Shown: positions 40,773 to 49,225, numbered from the stretch's first letter. The stretch is DNA of 64,000 nucleotides from a virus (IMGVR_UViG_3300045256_000653:14356-78355), one strand, 5' to 3'. Notes: a model not told the origin generated them from the sequence alone. Numbers and translations are program-made.

Positions 40773-40934
40773 GATCGCGCCCAGCAACCCGTGAAGCACA
40801 CAAGCATCCCGCAAGGGATATGCAGGTTCGAATCCTGCTCCCCTCACTTCTACGAGGGGATGGCGGAATTGGAAGACGCACTGGTATAAGGGACCAGCCG
40901 AAAGGCAGACTGCTACACACCCTCGGGCGCGATC
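40773..40934 (+). ncRNA. Circularly permuted tRNA-Leu-like ncRNA (Y-RNA-like)
   Basis: Outer stem gatcgcgccc/gggcgcgatc; T arm (40822-40838) and acceptor 3' strand precede acceptor 5' strand, D arm and anticodon arm. Confidence 0.8.
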
Positions 40935-40964
40935 TATTTTTCCTTTGAACGGACAAGGTAGGTG

Positions 40965-41309
40965 ATGGACTCCCTCGCCAGCCGCGTCGTTCAACGTTAC
41001 ATGACGGCCGCCGACCCCGGCGCCATCCGGATCAAAGAGATTCGGCCGGGAAAGACGGACAAGTCCTACATGGTGACCGTCTACGTTGAAGGCGACTGGG
41101 ACGAGCCGAAGGGCTACGAAGCCAAGCATGCCTTGGCCAAGGCCATCGCGGCGAAGGTCCTCGCCGACTCGCACTTCAAGTCGAAGATGAACGAGTTCAA
41201 GTCGAAGAAGCTGCCGTTTCCCATCCCCAAGAGCCCAAGCGACTTCACCGACTGGGACGTGTGGGCGGGCGAAGCGCAGCTTTCGTACGCCGTCGAAATC
41301 GACGACTAA
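40965..41309 (+). CDS. Hypothetical protein with RVVQRY N-terminal motif
   Basis: 114 aa. Confidence 0.7.
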   Translation: MDSLASRVVQRYMTAADPGAIRIKEIRPGKTDKSYMVTVYVEGDWDEPKGYEAKHALAKAIAAKVLADSHFKSKMNEFKSKKLPFPIPKSPSDFTDWDVWAGEAQLSYAVEIDD

Positions 41310-41557
41310 TCGCCGAGGGATGCAAGGTCCAGGGCTCCGGAAGGTCCCTGGATTTGGCCGTTCGAGATCGGCCAGTTCTTCTGCAATGCGAGGCGCTCGA
41401 CCTCTCGTCCTCGGACGAAGGCATCGGCGATGGCCTCGCTCATGCTCTTCGAGAGCCCGGTCGCATCGCGGATCACCTTGGTCATGCGTTCGACCTTGTG
41501 CTCTTTGGTCTCTTTCGGGACGTATTTGAACGCGACCCGCTTGGCGAGAGGATCCAT
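41306..41557 (-). CDS. Hypothetical protein with RVAFKY N-terminal motif
   Basis: MDPLAKRVAFKY..., 83 aa. Confidence 0.65.
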   Translation of the reverse strand: MDPLAKRVAFKYVPKETKEHKVERMTKVIRDATGLSKSMSEAIADAFVRGREVERLALQKNWPISNGQIQGPSGALDLASLGD

Positions 41558-41587
41558 CAAGCGGTGTATCTGAATAGGTAGAAATTC

Positions 41588-41661
41588 CGGGGTGTCGCAT
41601 AGTGGCAATTGCACGTGCTTTGGGTGCACGTATTACGCGGGTTCGAGTCCCGCCACCCCGA
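41588..41661 (+). tRNA. tRNA-Pro(TGG)
   Basis: Cloverleaf. Confidence 0.9.
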
Positions 41662-41779
41662 CCGGGCTGCTGTTCCGCAGCCCAACACACTTCCCACCTC
41701 GACTCTCTTCGGGGAGTCCGCACAGGGCGGTGTATTCACTTAATTCGGCGACGTGCGAAGCCGAGATCGGATCGGAACA

Positions 41780-43657
41780 ATGGCAAACGAGAATCTTGGA
41801 CCCGCCGAGCGGATCATCAACTCTCTGCTCGCGTACACGGACCACATGGTCCACAACCGCCCGGGCGTGGTCATCCCGGATCGCCGCTTCAACACCGGCG
41901 TGCGCTGGCAATTCGTCACGCACAAGGAGGAAGGCGGCCAAAAGGTCGTCTACGCCCTCACGAAGGTGGGCAAGAAGACGACGAGGACCCGCCTTGGTGT
42001 GATGCAGCCGGATCGTAGCGTCGTCGAGAACGGCGCGAAGATCGGCGATTACCGCCCGGCCGGATACAACCGCGAGGCGGCTGCCTGGATGTACCGACAG
42101 GTCGCCGAGGTGTGGAAGCTCGACAACGAGTTCGCGGCCCGCTGGGCCTCGTACGCGTTCAAGAACGACAAGAACCGCGACCTCAAGGTCATTCTCTGCG
42201 CGTTCATGCTCGTTCAGAGCCGCCAAGGTGATCCGGTCAAGGGCGCCGATGGCAAGGTCGAATTCTTCGACGACGACTTCCGTGAGGTCGGTGAGGCGAT
42301 GATCCTCAGCGACGAGAAGGGTGTCGAGCACTTCGACGCCAAGCTCCTCATCCGGGTGCGCGAGATCCTCTCGCTTCCGGAGATCGCGACCATCAACCGG
42401 GAACTCGGCTTCGGGCGCTCGACGCGCAAGGCGCCGCTCGGTCGTTGGGAGAAGGCGGTCACGCGGTGGCTCCAATACCGGGAGCGCAACCCGAAGATGC
42501 TCGAAGGTCTCGTCAAGGCGGGCCTTCGGAACAAGGTCGTGTCGCTCGCTCAGCAGGTCGGCTACAAGCCGGACTCGCCGAACTTCTACCGGATCCTCCG
42601 GTGGGAGCAAAACCAGGCGAAGGACGGTCACCGCCAGCTCGCGATCGGCGAGGCAGTCGCTGCCGGGGAAACCTGGGAGGGCCTCACCGAGGAGCAGGTC
42701 TGCCAGCGCATCATGAAGGACAAGCCGAAGTGGAACCGTCTCGCGGTCATGCTCCCCAAGAGCACCGGGTTGACGAGGGCCATCATGGCAGCGGCGATCG
42801 AGGCGGGTTCCGTCTCGAACAAGGAACTCATCATCCTTTCGCCGACGCTCGAAGAGCTTGGCCTTCTCCAAGTTCAGAACATCCGAGAGCGTTGGGAGCG
42901 TGCGCAGCGTGAGGCGGAAGACACTCGCGCGGCCAACGTCGCTCAACGCATGAAGTCGAAGGAGGCGCAAGAGAAGCTCCAAGAGGCAGCCGACGTCGCG
43001 GTCCAAAAGGCCGTGGCCGAGGTCGTCAAGGGGATGCTCGTCTACGTCTGCATCGACATCTCGGGATCGATGACGAACTCGATTCCGACCGCGAAGCAGT
43101 ACATCGCGCAGTTCCTCCAGGGTTTCCCCCCGGAGCAGCTCGTCGTGTGCGTCTTCAACACGGTCGGACGCATCGTCACCATCAAGAGCCCGTCGAAGGC
43201 GGGCGTGGAGAATGCGTTCGCCGGCATTCAGGCGGGTGGTGGCACCGATCACGGATCGGCCATTCGCACGATTGCCAAGCACCGCATGCCCACGGCGGAC
43301 GAGGATGTCGTGATGATCTTCATCGGTGACGGTGGAGAGATCAAGACGTTCGACTCCTCTCTGGCGGTCGATCACATCAAGCCGATGGCCTTCGGGTTCC
43401 TCCAGCTTCCTGGAGACAACTCGGGGTGCATCACCAACACGGCGGCTCGGCTGGGTATCCCGTGCTTCAACATCGACGAGGGAATCTTCGCGGACCCGTA
43501 TGCGATTCCGCGTACGCTCCGTGCCCTCATCGCTGCAACCCCGGTGGGCCAAGCTCCCCGGACGCAGGCAGCTCCGCGCGTGTCTCTCGTGGACACGATT
43601 CAAAAGACGGCGCTACTCAAGAAGCCGGCATGGGCAACCGTGGTCGCAACAGCGTAA
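41780..43657 (+). CDS. Ro60/Rsr-like TROVE-domain protein with C-terminal vWA domain
   Basis: Helical N-terminal part with ETWE motif; VCIDISGSM MIDAS, GGGTDHG, IFIGDG; flanked by tRNA-like ncRNAs. Confidence 0.7.
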   Translation: MANENLGPAERIINSLLAYTDHMVHNRPGVVIPDRRFNTGVRWQFVTHKEEGGQKVVYALTKVGKKTTRTRLGVMQPDRSVVENGAKIGDYRPAGYNREAAAWMYRQVAEVWKLDNEFAARWASYAFKNDKNRDLKVILCAFMLVQSRQGDPVKGADGKVEFFDDDFREVGEAMILSDEKGVEHFDAKLLIRVREILSLPEIATINRELGFGRSTRKAPLGRWEKAVTRWLQYRERNPKMLEGLVKAGLRNKVVSLAQQVGYKPDSPNFYRILRWEQNQAKDGHRQLAIGEAVAAGETWEGLTEEQVCQRIMKDKPKWNRLAVMLPKSTGLTRAIMAAAIEAGSVSNKELIILSPTLEELGLLQVQNIRERWERAQREAEDTRAANVAQRMKSKEAQEKLQEAADVAVQKAVAEVVKGMLVYVCIDISGSMTNSIPTAKQYIAQFLQGFPPEQLVVCVFNTVGRIVTIKSPSKAGVENAFAGIQAGGGTDHGSAIRTIAKHRMPTADEDVVMIFIGDGGEIKTFDSSLAVDHIKPMAFGFLQLPGDNSGCITNTAARLGIPCFNIDEGIFADPYAIPRTLRALIAATPVGQAPRTQAAPRVSLVDTIQKTALLKKPAWATVVATA

Positions 43658-43669
43658 GGAGCAAATCAG

Positions 43670-44641
43670 ATGGGATGGAGGGACCTACTTCAAACAGGCG
43701 ACGAGACCCTCGTCTCGCCGTGGGTTGGAGGCAGGTCCCTTCGTTCCGGTCCTCGCACCTGGACGATCGACGGCCGACTCCCTCGGGAGATGGGCTGGTA
43801 CTCGTTCAAGCTCAACGGACGCCGGGCCACACTAAATGGTTCGGCCGATCCGGCGAGCGAGGGTTTCAGAGACGTGGTGCGGGGTTACCTGGTCGGCGAC
43901 CGGCTCGTTCCGGACGGCGCTCGGGTCAACCCCGATCCCACCAAGATCGCAGAGGCGACGGAGACCGTTCTCCTCGTTGACCGTGGGCTCGATCGATTCG
44001 TGCGGATTGCGGCGGGACGCCTCTTTGATGAGGGCCCGCTCATCTTCATGAACCAGGAGATGCCCGTTGGCCCCGAGGATGCGGTCAGCAACGCCTACCT
44101 TCGCCGGCTTCCTTCAGTGAGTGACATCGCCGGAGTGACCCCGGCCCTCGAAGCCGCCTTCCGCATGGAAGTGTGGCAGCGAGAAGAAGCCGAACGTCGG
44201 CGCCTCGAATTGGAGCGCCAGCGTCGGGAAGAAGAGGAACGCAGGCAGCGTGAGGAACGGCGCGAGCAGATGGCGCGCCAGCTCGGAACCGGTACCGGAC
44301 GGCGGGAGATGGCCCTCGTGGACTTCGCCGAAGCCGCTCGTGCTGCGCTCCGGGTTGGAGGTGCCGAGTATCTCGACCACCGGGCATCGTACCGGCCGGG
44401 CGAGATGGTCGTCACCTTCCGGATGCTCAACCGAGCCTTCATGTGCACGTGCGACGAGAAGACGCTTCGCATCATCGATGCTGGCGTTTGCCTCGGGCAC
44501 GGGGACGAGAGAGGGGACACGCGGTTCACTCTCGAATCCTTGCCGGCGGTGATCAACGAAGCTCACCGCACGCATCGATTGGTCGTTCTTCGTCACGTCG
44601 GCGATCAGGACGAACCTGATTGGAGGAACGATGACGATTGA
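43670..44641 (+). CDS. Hypothetical protein, candidate E2-like conjugating component
   Basis: Coiled coil then IIDAGVCL (resembles the G-x-CL catalytic Cys context of E2s); operon context. Confidence 0.45.
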   Translation: MGWRDLLQTGDETLVSPWVGGRSLRSGPRTWTIDGRLPREMGWYSFKLNGRRATLNGSADPASEGFRDVVRGYLVGDRLVPDGARVNPDPTKIAEATETVLLVDRGLDRFVRIAAGRLFDEGPLIFMNQEMPVGPEDAVSNAYLRRLPSVSDIAGVTPALEAAFRMEVWQREEAERRRLELERQRREEEERRQREERREQMARQLGTGTGRREMALVDFAEAARAALRVGGAEYLDHRASYRPGEMVVTFRMLNRAFMCTCDEKTLRIIDAGVCLGHGDERGDTRFTLESLPAVINEAHRTHRLVVLRHVGDQDEPDWRNDDD

Positions 44642-45038
44642 AGCTGGAGTTGTTGTGGGGCGCGACGGCGAGGAGGCTGTCTACTGGCATCTTCCTCCCA
44701 ACAGGAACGTCGTCGCGCTCCCCGACAGCCGAGATCTTTGGGACGTCTTCTGGGAGAACAGGGATCGCATCTCTGGGTTCGCGCACAGCCATCCCGGGCT
44801 CGGCGTTCCCGGCCCCTCCTGGGAAGACCTCACGACATTCGCCGCCGTCGAAGGCGGTCTGGGTCGTCGCCTCAAGTGGTGGATCACGAGCATGAATGCC
44901 GTCTCGGTCCTCACGTGGAAGGGCCCGGGCAAGTACGACTACGAGCTGACCGTGCTCGACAAGGAACCGTCATGGATTCCGGAGCTACGGCGTCTCTCGC
45001 AGAACGAATCAACACCAAACGAGGAGCAGATACGATGA
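44631..45038 (+). CDS. JAB/MPN+ (JAMM) metalloprotease
   Basis: N-terminal E; HSHP...PSWED JAMM motif. Confidence 0.88.
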   Translation: MTIEAGVVVGRDGEEAVYWHLPPNRNVVALPDSRDLWDVFWENRDRISGFAHSHPGLGVPGPSWEDLTTFAAVEGGLGRRLKWWITSMNAVSVLTWKGPGKYDYELTVLDKEPSWIPELRRLSQNESTPNEEQIR

Positions 45039-45310
45039 CGATTCAGGAAAACGAGGCCCAGGTGAACATCACCTGGAACGGAACGAACTTCGAGCTTCCG
45101 GACCCGGTTCTCTTCGAGGCCGCAGACGGAGACCTCAAGCAGTGGGCGGCGGAAGCGATTCGCACGGGCTCGATCCCGGGCTTCGCGGCCGATCCGGCCG
45201 TGGACCTCCGGAATCACATCGTGGACCGCTTCCCGGCGCCGGCTCAGGCCGCGCCCGGCCAGCGTACCCACAACCTCATCCAGATTCGCCCGAAGACGGC
45301 ATTCGGATGA
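45035..45310 (+). CDS. Putative ubiquitin-like protein (91 aa)
   Basis: Between JAB and E1, ATGA-coupled on both sides; beta-grasp-like pattern; ends RPKTAFG. Confidence 0.6.
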   Translation: MTIQENEAQVNITWNGTNFELPDPVLFEAADGDLKQWAAEAIRTGSIPGFAADPAVDLRNHIVDRFPAPAQAAPGQRTHNLIQIRPKTAFG

Positions 45311-45882
45311 AGACCGTGGTCATCGTCGGAGTCGGGGCGCTGGGTTCACACCTCGTGCCCTTGCTCCGGAACGTGGACGCCTCCGTCAAGGTGATCGACT
45401 TCGATCGCGTCGAGGCGAAGAACGTCCTCAGCCAGTTTCACGGCAAGCCGAATGTCGGGAAGCCCAAGGTGCTCTCTCTTCAGAGCACGATGAACTTCCT
45501 CTTCGGCAAGAAGATCGAGACCGTTCCCCACAAGCTCGTGGAGAACAACGCCACCGAGCTTCTCGGCAAGGCTGATCTCGTCATCGACTGCCTCGACAAC
45601 GGGGCAGCTCGCAGGATCGTCCAGGGCTTCGTTCGCAAGAACAACACCCCCTGTTTGCATGGGGCTGTCGATGCGAACGGCAGCTTCGGACGCATCGTTT
45701 GGGACGAGACGTTCGCAATCGACGACGAAGACAAGGCCGGTGCGCCCACCTGCGAAAACGGCGAGCACCTCACGTTCTTGTCGATCGTCGCTTCCTACCT
45801 GGCGCACGCGGCCAGGGAATTTCTCGTGAAGAATCGCAAGCTCGGGTATCAGGTGAGCCCGGGTGGGACTATTCTAACGTGA
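45307..45882 (+). CDS. ThiF/E1-like adenylyltransferase
   Basis: VGVGALGS, IDFDRVEAKN..Q, KPKV, DCLDN..AR; APTCE candidate catalytic Cys. Confidence 0.9.
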   Translation: MKTVVIVGVGALGSHLVPLLRNVDASVKVIDFDRVEAKNVLSQFHGKPNVGKPKVLSLQSTMNFLFGKKIETVPHKLVENNATELLGKADLVIDCLDNGAARRIVQGFVRKNNTPCLHGAVDANGSFGRIVWDETFAIDDEDKAGAPTCENGEHLTFLSIVASYLAHAAREFLVKNRKLGYQVSPGGTILT

Positions 45883-45943
45883 CCGCGCTTTTTTCTTAGC
45901 ACCACGACCGGCGTCGGTGTAAACCAACGCCGGAAGTAACTCT

Positions 45944-46084
45944 GAGGGATATTGGCCGATGGCAGGCCGCGTGACGGTAACTCACGTGCATACGCACAAT
46001 CAGGATTGCACTCTCGGACCTCGCAAGGGGCCCAGCTCCTCGTAGTCCTTACAAGCTTTCTAGGTTCGAATCCTAGGTCCCTCA
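45944..46084 (+). ncRNA. tRNA-like ncRNA with conserved module in the variable loop (GTA at anticodon position)
   Basis: gagggat/gtccctc acceptor; ~75-nt insert; ctaggttcgaatcctag T arm. Confidence 0.78.
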
Positions 46085-46087
46085 CTA

Positions 46088-46255
46088 CTTCGCGCCCAGC
46101 AAAACCCGAAAGACCTTACAAGCAAAGTATGCAGGTTCGAATCCTGCTGAGCCCACCAACGGAGGGTCAAACCTCCGGGGCCCATCGTCTAACGGATAGG
46201 ACACTCGTTATTCAAACGAGCAATCGCAAACAGGTTTCTCAACTCGGGCGCGAAG
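46088..46255 (+). ncRNA. Circularly permuted tRNA-Glu-like ncRNA (Y-RNA-like)
   Basis: cttcgcgccc/gggcgcgaag outer stem; T arm, tgagccc-ACCA, linker hairpin, gggccca, Glu-type D arm, TTC loop. Confidence 0.82.
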
Positions 46256-46307
46256 GAATTTTTTTCTGTCAGACCCATCTCGGGTCGTCGTCTCTGGAAA
46301 CATCAAT

Positions 46308-46440
46308 GCCGATCAAGGGCCGTGGGGCCCACCTCTTTGTTAAAGAGCAACAAATCCTGCATTCACCCCTCGGACCTCGAAAGTGGTCCAGCCCCAACGA
46401 GTGCATACAAGCTTGCCAGGTTCGACTCCTGGGATCGGCG
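46308..46440 (+). ncRNA. tRNA-like ncRNA with module insert (GTT at anticodon position)
   Basis: gccgatc/gatcggc acceptor; insert; ccaggttcgactcctgg. Confidence 0.8.
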
Positions 46441-46470
46441 CTGAGGCACCCAGCCTCCCGTAGTGCTCAC

Positions 46471-46546
46471 ACGCGAATAGCTCACTCTGGTAGAGCATCT
46501 GTTTCGAACACAGAAGGTCACGGGTTCAAATCCCGTTTCGTAACCA
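46471..46546 (+). tRNA. Atypical tRNA (CGA loop, short variable region, weak acceptor stem)
   Basis: tctgt-ttCGAac-acaga; only 5 acceptor pairs. Confidence 0.6.
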
Positions 46547-46580
46547 ACCAGCATTACAATCTCGGGTGTCTCTAATTTTT

Positions 46581-46708
46581 GCGGGTCAGGGCCGTGGGGC
46601 CCACTTTCCTCTCCAAGGAACAAACCAGCATGCGCCCTCGGGCCTCGAAAGGGGCTCAGCTCTCAAGCGTGCTCACAAGCTCGTCAGGTTCGACTCCTGA
46701 GACCCGCT
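46581..46708 (+). ncRNA. tRNA-like ncRNA with module insert (TCC at anticodon position)
   Basis: gcgggtc/gacccgc acceptor; insert; tcaggttcgactcctga. Confidence 0.8.
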
Positions 46709-46771
46709 CTAACCCGTCATCGAGGCCGGCTGTCCCGCAAGGGCCTACCGACCTCGAGGCGCGTAAATTAT

Positions 46772-46918
46772 GGGGATGTTACAGAGGGATGGACCCTCGC
46801 CTGCCCACGAAGCAGGAGCGAAAGCTCAACCCAGGATCAAACCTCGGATCTCTTCACCGGGATCCAGCCCCCTCTCGGTCCTTACAAGCCCTCGGTTCGA
46901 ATCCGAGACATCCCCCCA
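46772..46918 (+). ncRNA. tRNA-like ncRNA with module insert (ACG at anticodon position)
   Basis: ggggatgt/acatcccc acceptor; insert; ctcggttcgaatccgag. Confidence 0.8.
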
Positions 46919-46969
46919 TCTTCTTCCCTCGCAGCTAGCCACCGCGAGGTGATCGTTTCGCACCGTTAT

Positions 46970-47045
46970 GGTGGGCGTAGCCTAGTGGTAAAGGCGGCGG
47001 GTTGTGGCCCCGCAGACGCGAGTTCAATTCTCGTCGCTCACCCCA
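46970..47045 (+). tRNA. tRNA-His(GTG)
   Basis: Cloverleaf with G-1, CCA. Confidence 0.92.
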
Positions 47046-47071
47046 ATTTTTCTCCGGTGTAGGCGCCGCGC

Positions 47072-47434
47072 ATGCCGGAGAATTGCCCGAAATGCGGATT
47101 CTATCTTGGCGTCGAGCCAAACGTGGAGCTGGAGTGCGACACGCTCTATCAGCTCGTCACCAACGTGATCCGTCACGTCCGCATGACCGGCAGCAAGATC
47201 GTCTCCTCGGATGATCCGATGCGTCTTCGCATCGGTTTCGAGACCCTTCTTCTGACCGGTCCTCACGCCGCTCGGTGGTCGATCGGTATCGCTAAAGTGC
47301 GGGAGGTCAACTTGGCAGCGGCCGAAAGTGCGCAGCTCGCAGCTTACATCCCCTTGCTTGCGACGGCCCAAGGAAGGCAACAGATCGCCGACCTTTGGAG
47401 TCTCGGTCAAGAGCCCTTTCTTGTTCGTGAATGA
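47072..47434 (+). CDS. Hypothetical protein
   Basis: CGGTGTA upstream; CPKC. Confidence 0.65.
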   Translation: MPENCPKCGFYLGVEPNVELECDTLYQLVTNVIRHVRMTGSKIVSSDDPMRLRIGFETLLLTGPHAARWSIGIAKVREVNLAAAESAQLAAYIPLLATAQGRQQIADLWSLGQEPFLVRE

Positions 47435-47510
47435 GCCCTCGTGGCGCAATGGATAGCGCGAGTCTTTCCTAAAGACGAGGTTGCAGGTTCAAGTCCTGCC
47501 GGGGGCACCA
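47435..47510 (+). tRNA. tRNA-Arg(CCT)
   Basis: Cloverleaf, CCA. Confidence 0.92.
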
Positions 47511-47525
47511 GTGTAGACCGGGATC

Positions 47526-48041
47526 ATGCCTGGCCTCACCGCAGAAGATCGTGACTGGCTCTGCTCGCTTGACGTGGAGCTTCATCCCCCGAGAGACACT
47601 CGCTCGGCCGGCCGCAAGCTTGCGGACAAGTTTCGAGGGTCCGAGCCGAAGTTCGCCAAGCCGCGAGCCAAGCTCACTCGGCAAGAGGTTCTACGGATCT
47701 TCCAGCTCGTCGAAGAGGCGGACCTCTTCACGATGCTCTACTCGTCCGGGACGATCTGCGGGGTCGGGATCATCATCTTCGAGCACGAGCAGTTCCCCGG
47801 CACGGGCCCGGAGGAGCTTCTTCACTTCTCGGAAGAACACCTTCCGGAATCGGGCGTGCCGAGCGTCTACGATCGGTTGAAGGGCAAGAAGCCGCCGAAG
47901 AAGAAAGCACGCGCTCCGGGAGACTGCGATCCCGACGCCTGGGAGCTGTTCACCAAGTTCACGCACACCGAGAAGAACCGTCGCTGGATCGACCAGTACG
48001 GTCTCGAAATGCACTTCGACAAACAACACTACGACTACTGA
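47526..48041 (+). CDS. Hypothetical protein
   Basis: 171 aa. Confidence 0.65.
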   Translation: MPGLTAEDRDWLCSLDVELHPPRDTRSAGRKLADKFRGSEPKFAKPRAKLTRQEVLRIFQLVEEADLFTMLYSSGTICGVGIIIFEHEQFPGTGPEELLHFSEEHLPESGVPSVYDRLKGKKPPKKKARAPGDCDPDAWELFTKFTHTEKNRRWIDQYGLEMHFDKQHYDY

Positions 48042-48088
48042 AAGGAGGTTACCGCTATGGATGCACCAGATGATTGCGACGATCGTAC

Positions 48089-48164
48089 GGCCTCATGGTC
48101 CAGTGGTTAAGGACACCCGCCTGTCACGCGGGAGGCACGGGTTCAATTCCCGTTGGGGCCGCCA
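48089..48164 (+). tRNA. tRNA-Asp(GTC)
   Basis: Cloverleaf, CCA. Confidence 0.93.
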
Positions 48165-48186
48165 GTGTACAGTGTAGACACGTTGA

Positions 48187-48537
48187 ATGCCGCACCGCGA
48201 TGTAATCAAAAAGCGGGCCACTTGGCGCCGCTGGTACCAGCGGAATAAGCAGACCCACATCAGACGGGTTCGAGCTTGCGACGCAAGAGTGGAGAAGTCG
48301 GTGCGTGAGTTTCTCCTGTCTGAAAGGAAGAAGGGTTGCTCACGATGCGCAATGAAGCATCCAGCGACCATCGACTTTCACCATGTCTCAGGGACCAAAG
48401 AATCCTCCCTTGGGCAGGTGGTCTACGCGAAGTGGTCTCTCAAGAGAGTTCAGGCGGAAGTCCAGAAGTGTGTGCGCCTTTGCGCTAACTGTCACCGCAT
48501 CCACCACTGGGAAGAGCGGCAGAGGCTGAAAAAGTAA
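48187..48537 (+). CDS. HNH (homing-type) endonuclease
   Basis: CSRC..IDFHH..EVQKCVRLCANCHRIHH. Confidence 0.85.
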   Translation: MPHRDVIKKRATWRRWYQRNKQTHIRRVRACDARVEKSVREFLLSERKKGCSRCAMKHPATIDFHHVSGTKESSLGQVVYAKWSLKRVQAEVQKCVRLCANCHRIHHWEERQRLKK

Positions 48538-48542
48538 AGTTT

Positions 48543-48619
48543 GGGGTTGTTGAGGAATTGGTTCCCTCGCTTCCTTGTCAAGGAAGAGCATGCGGGTTCG
48601 AGCCCCGTCAGCCCCGCCA
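48543..48619 (+). tRNA. tRNA-Asp(GTC)
   Basis: Cloverleaf, CCA. Confidence 0.88.
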
Positions 48620-48697
48620 GGGAAAGAGCAGTGCGCCGCTTAACGGTGGCGTTCGCCGGAGTAGAAGCGCTTCACGGCAGCTCGGACCCTGACCAAT

Positions 48698-48772
48698 ACG
48701 GACGTGATCTAGCGGCAAAGATGCTGGTTTCCAACTCCAGTCACACAGGTTCGAGTCCTGTCGTCCGTGCCA
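48698..48772 (+). tRNA. tRNA-Trp(CCA)
   Basis: ctggt-ttCCAac-tccag; G73; CCA. Confidence 0.82.
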
Positions 48773-48779
48773 CTTTTCT

Positions 48780-48855
48780 GCGGTCGCATGATCCATGGAG
48801 GCGACAGGGATTCCAAATCCCCGTGTGGTGGGTTCAATTCCCTCAGGCCGCGCCA
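48780..48855 (+). tRNA. tRNA-Trp(CCA), divergent
   Basis: ggga-ttCCAaa-tccc; G73; CCA. Confidence 0.75.
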
Positions 48856-48866
48856 CCTTATCGTTT

Positions 48867-48941
48867 GGGGATGTAGCTCAGTTGGGAGAGCGCCGCGTTC
48901 GCAATGCGGAGGCCGAGAGTTCGATCCTCTCCATCTCCACC
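48867..48941 (+). tRNA. tRNA-Ala(CGC)
   Basis: Cloverleaf, G3:U70. Confidence 0.93.
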
Positions 48942-49225
48942 CAAGTTCTCTTTTATGCGGTGTATCTATTGGGGGTCCGACCGTGGACCAAGAGGTACCT
49001 CACAACCTACTGCGAATCGTCAGTGCGGTGGTGATCCTCGTCCTCAGCTTGCTTCCACACTGCTAGCTTGACGACGTGTCCGGCAACGGTCACGATCATC
49101 GTCTAGTACAACCCACGGGGGAACGGCGCGGACCTCGATTGTCCGCGTCCGCCCGTCAATCATCGATGAAGAAGATTCACGCGCCTCCCTAGCGACTCCT
49201 TGTTCAACAACAAGGAGGTGGCATC

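Noticed and set aside
45944-46918. CRISPR array or group I/II introns as the explanation for the repeated RNA module
   Set aside because: No identical repeats with unique spacers and no cas genes; inserts are far too short and lack intron core motifs
45952-46938. ORFs 45952-46575 and 46579-46938
   Set aside because: They overlap structured RNAs and show no protein-like features
48698-48772. tRNA-Gly(TCC) reading
   Set aside because: Stem register and G73 discriminator favour Trp(CCA); adjacent to a second Trp tRNA
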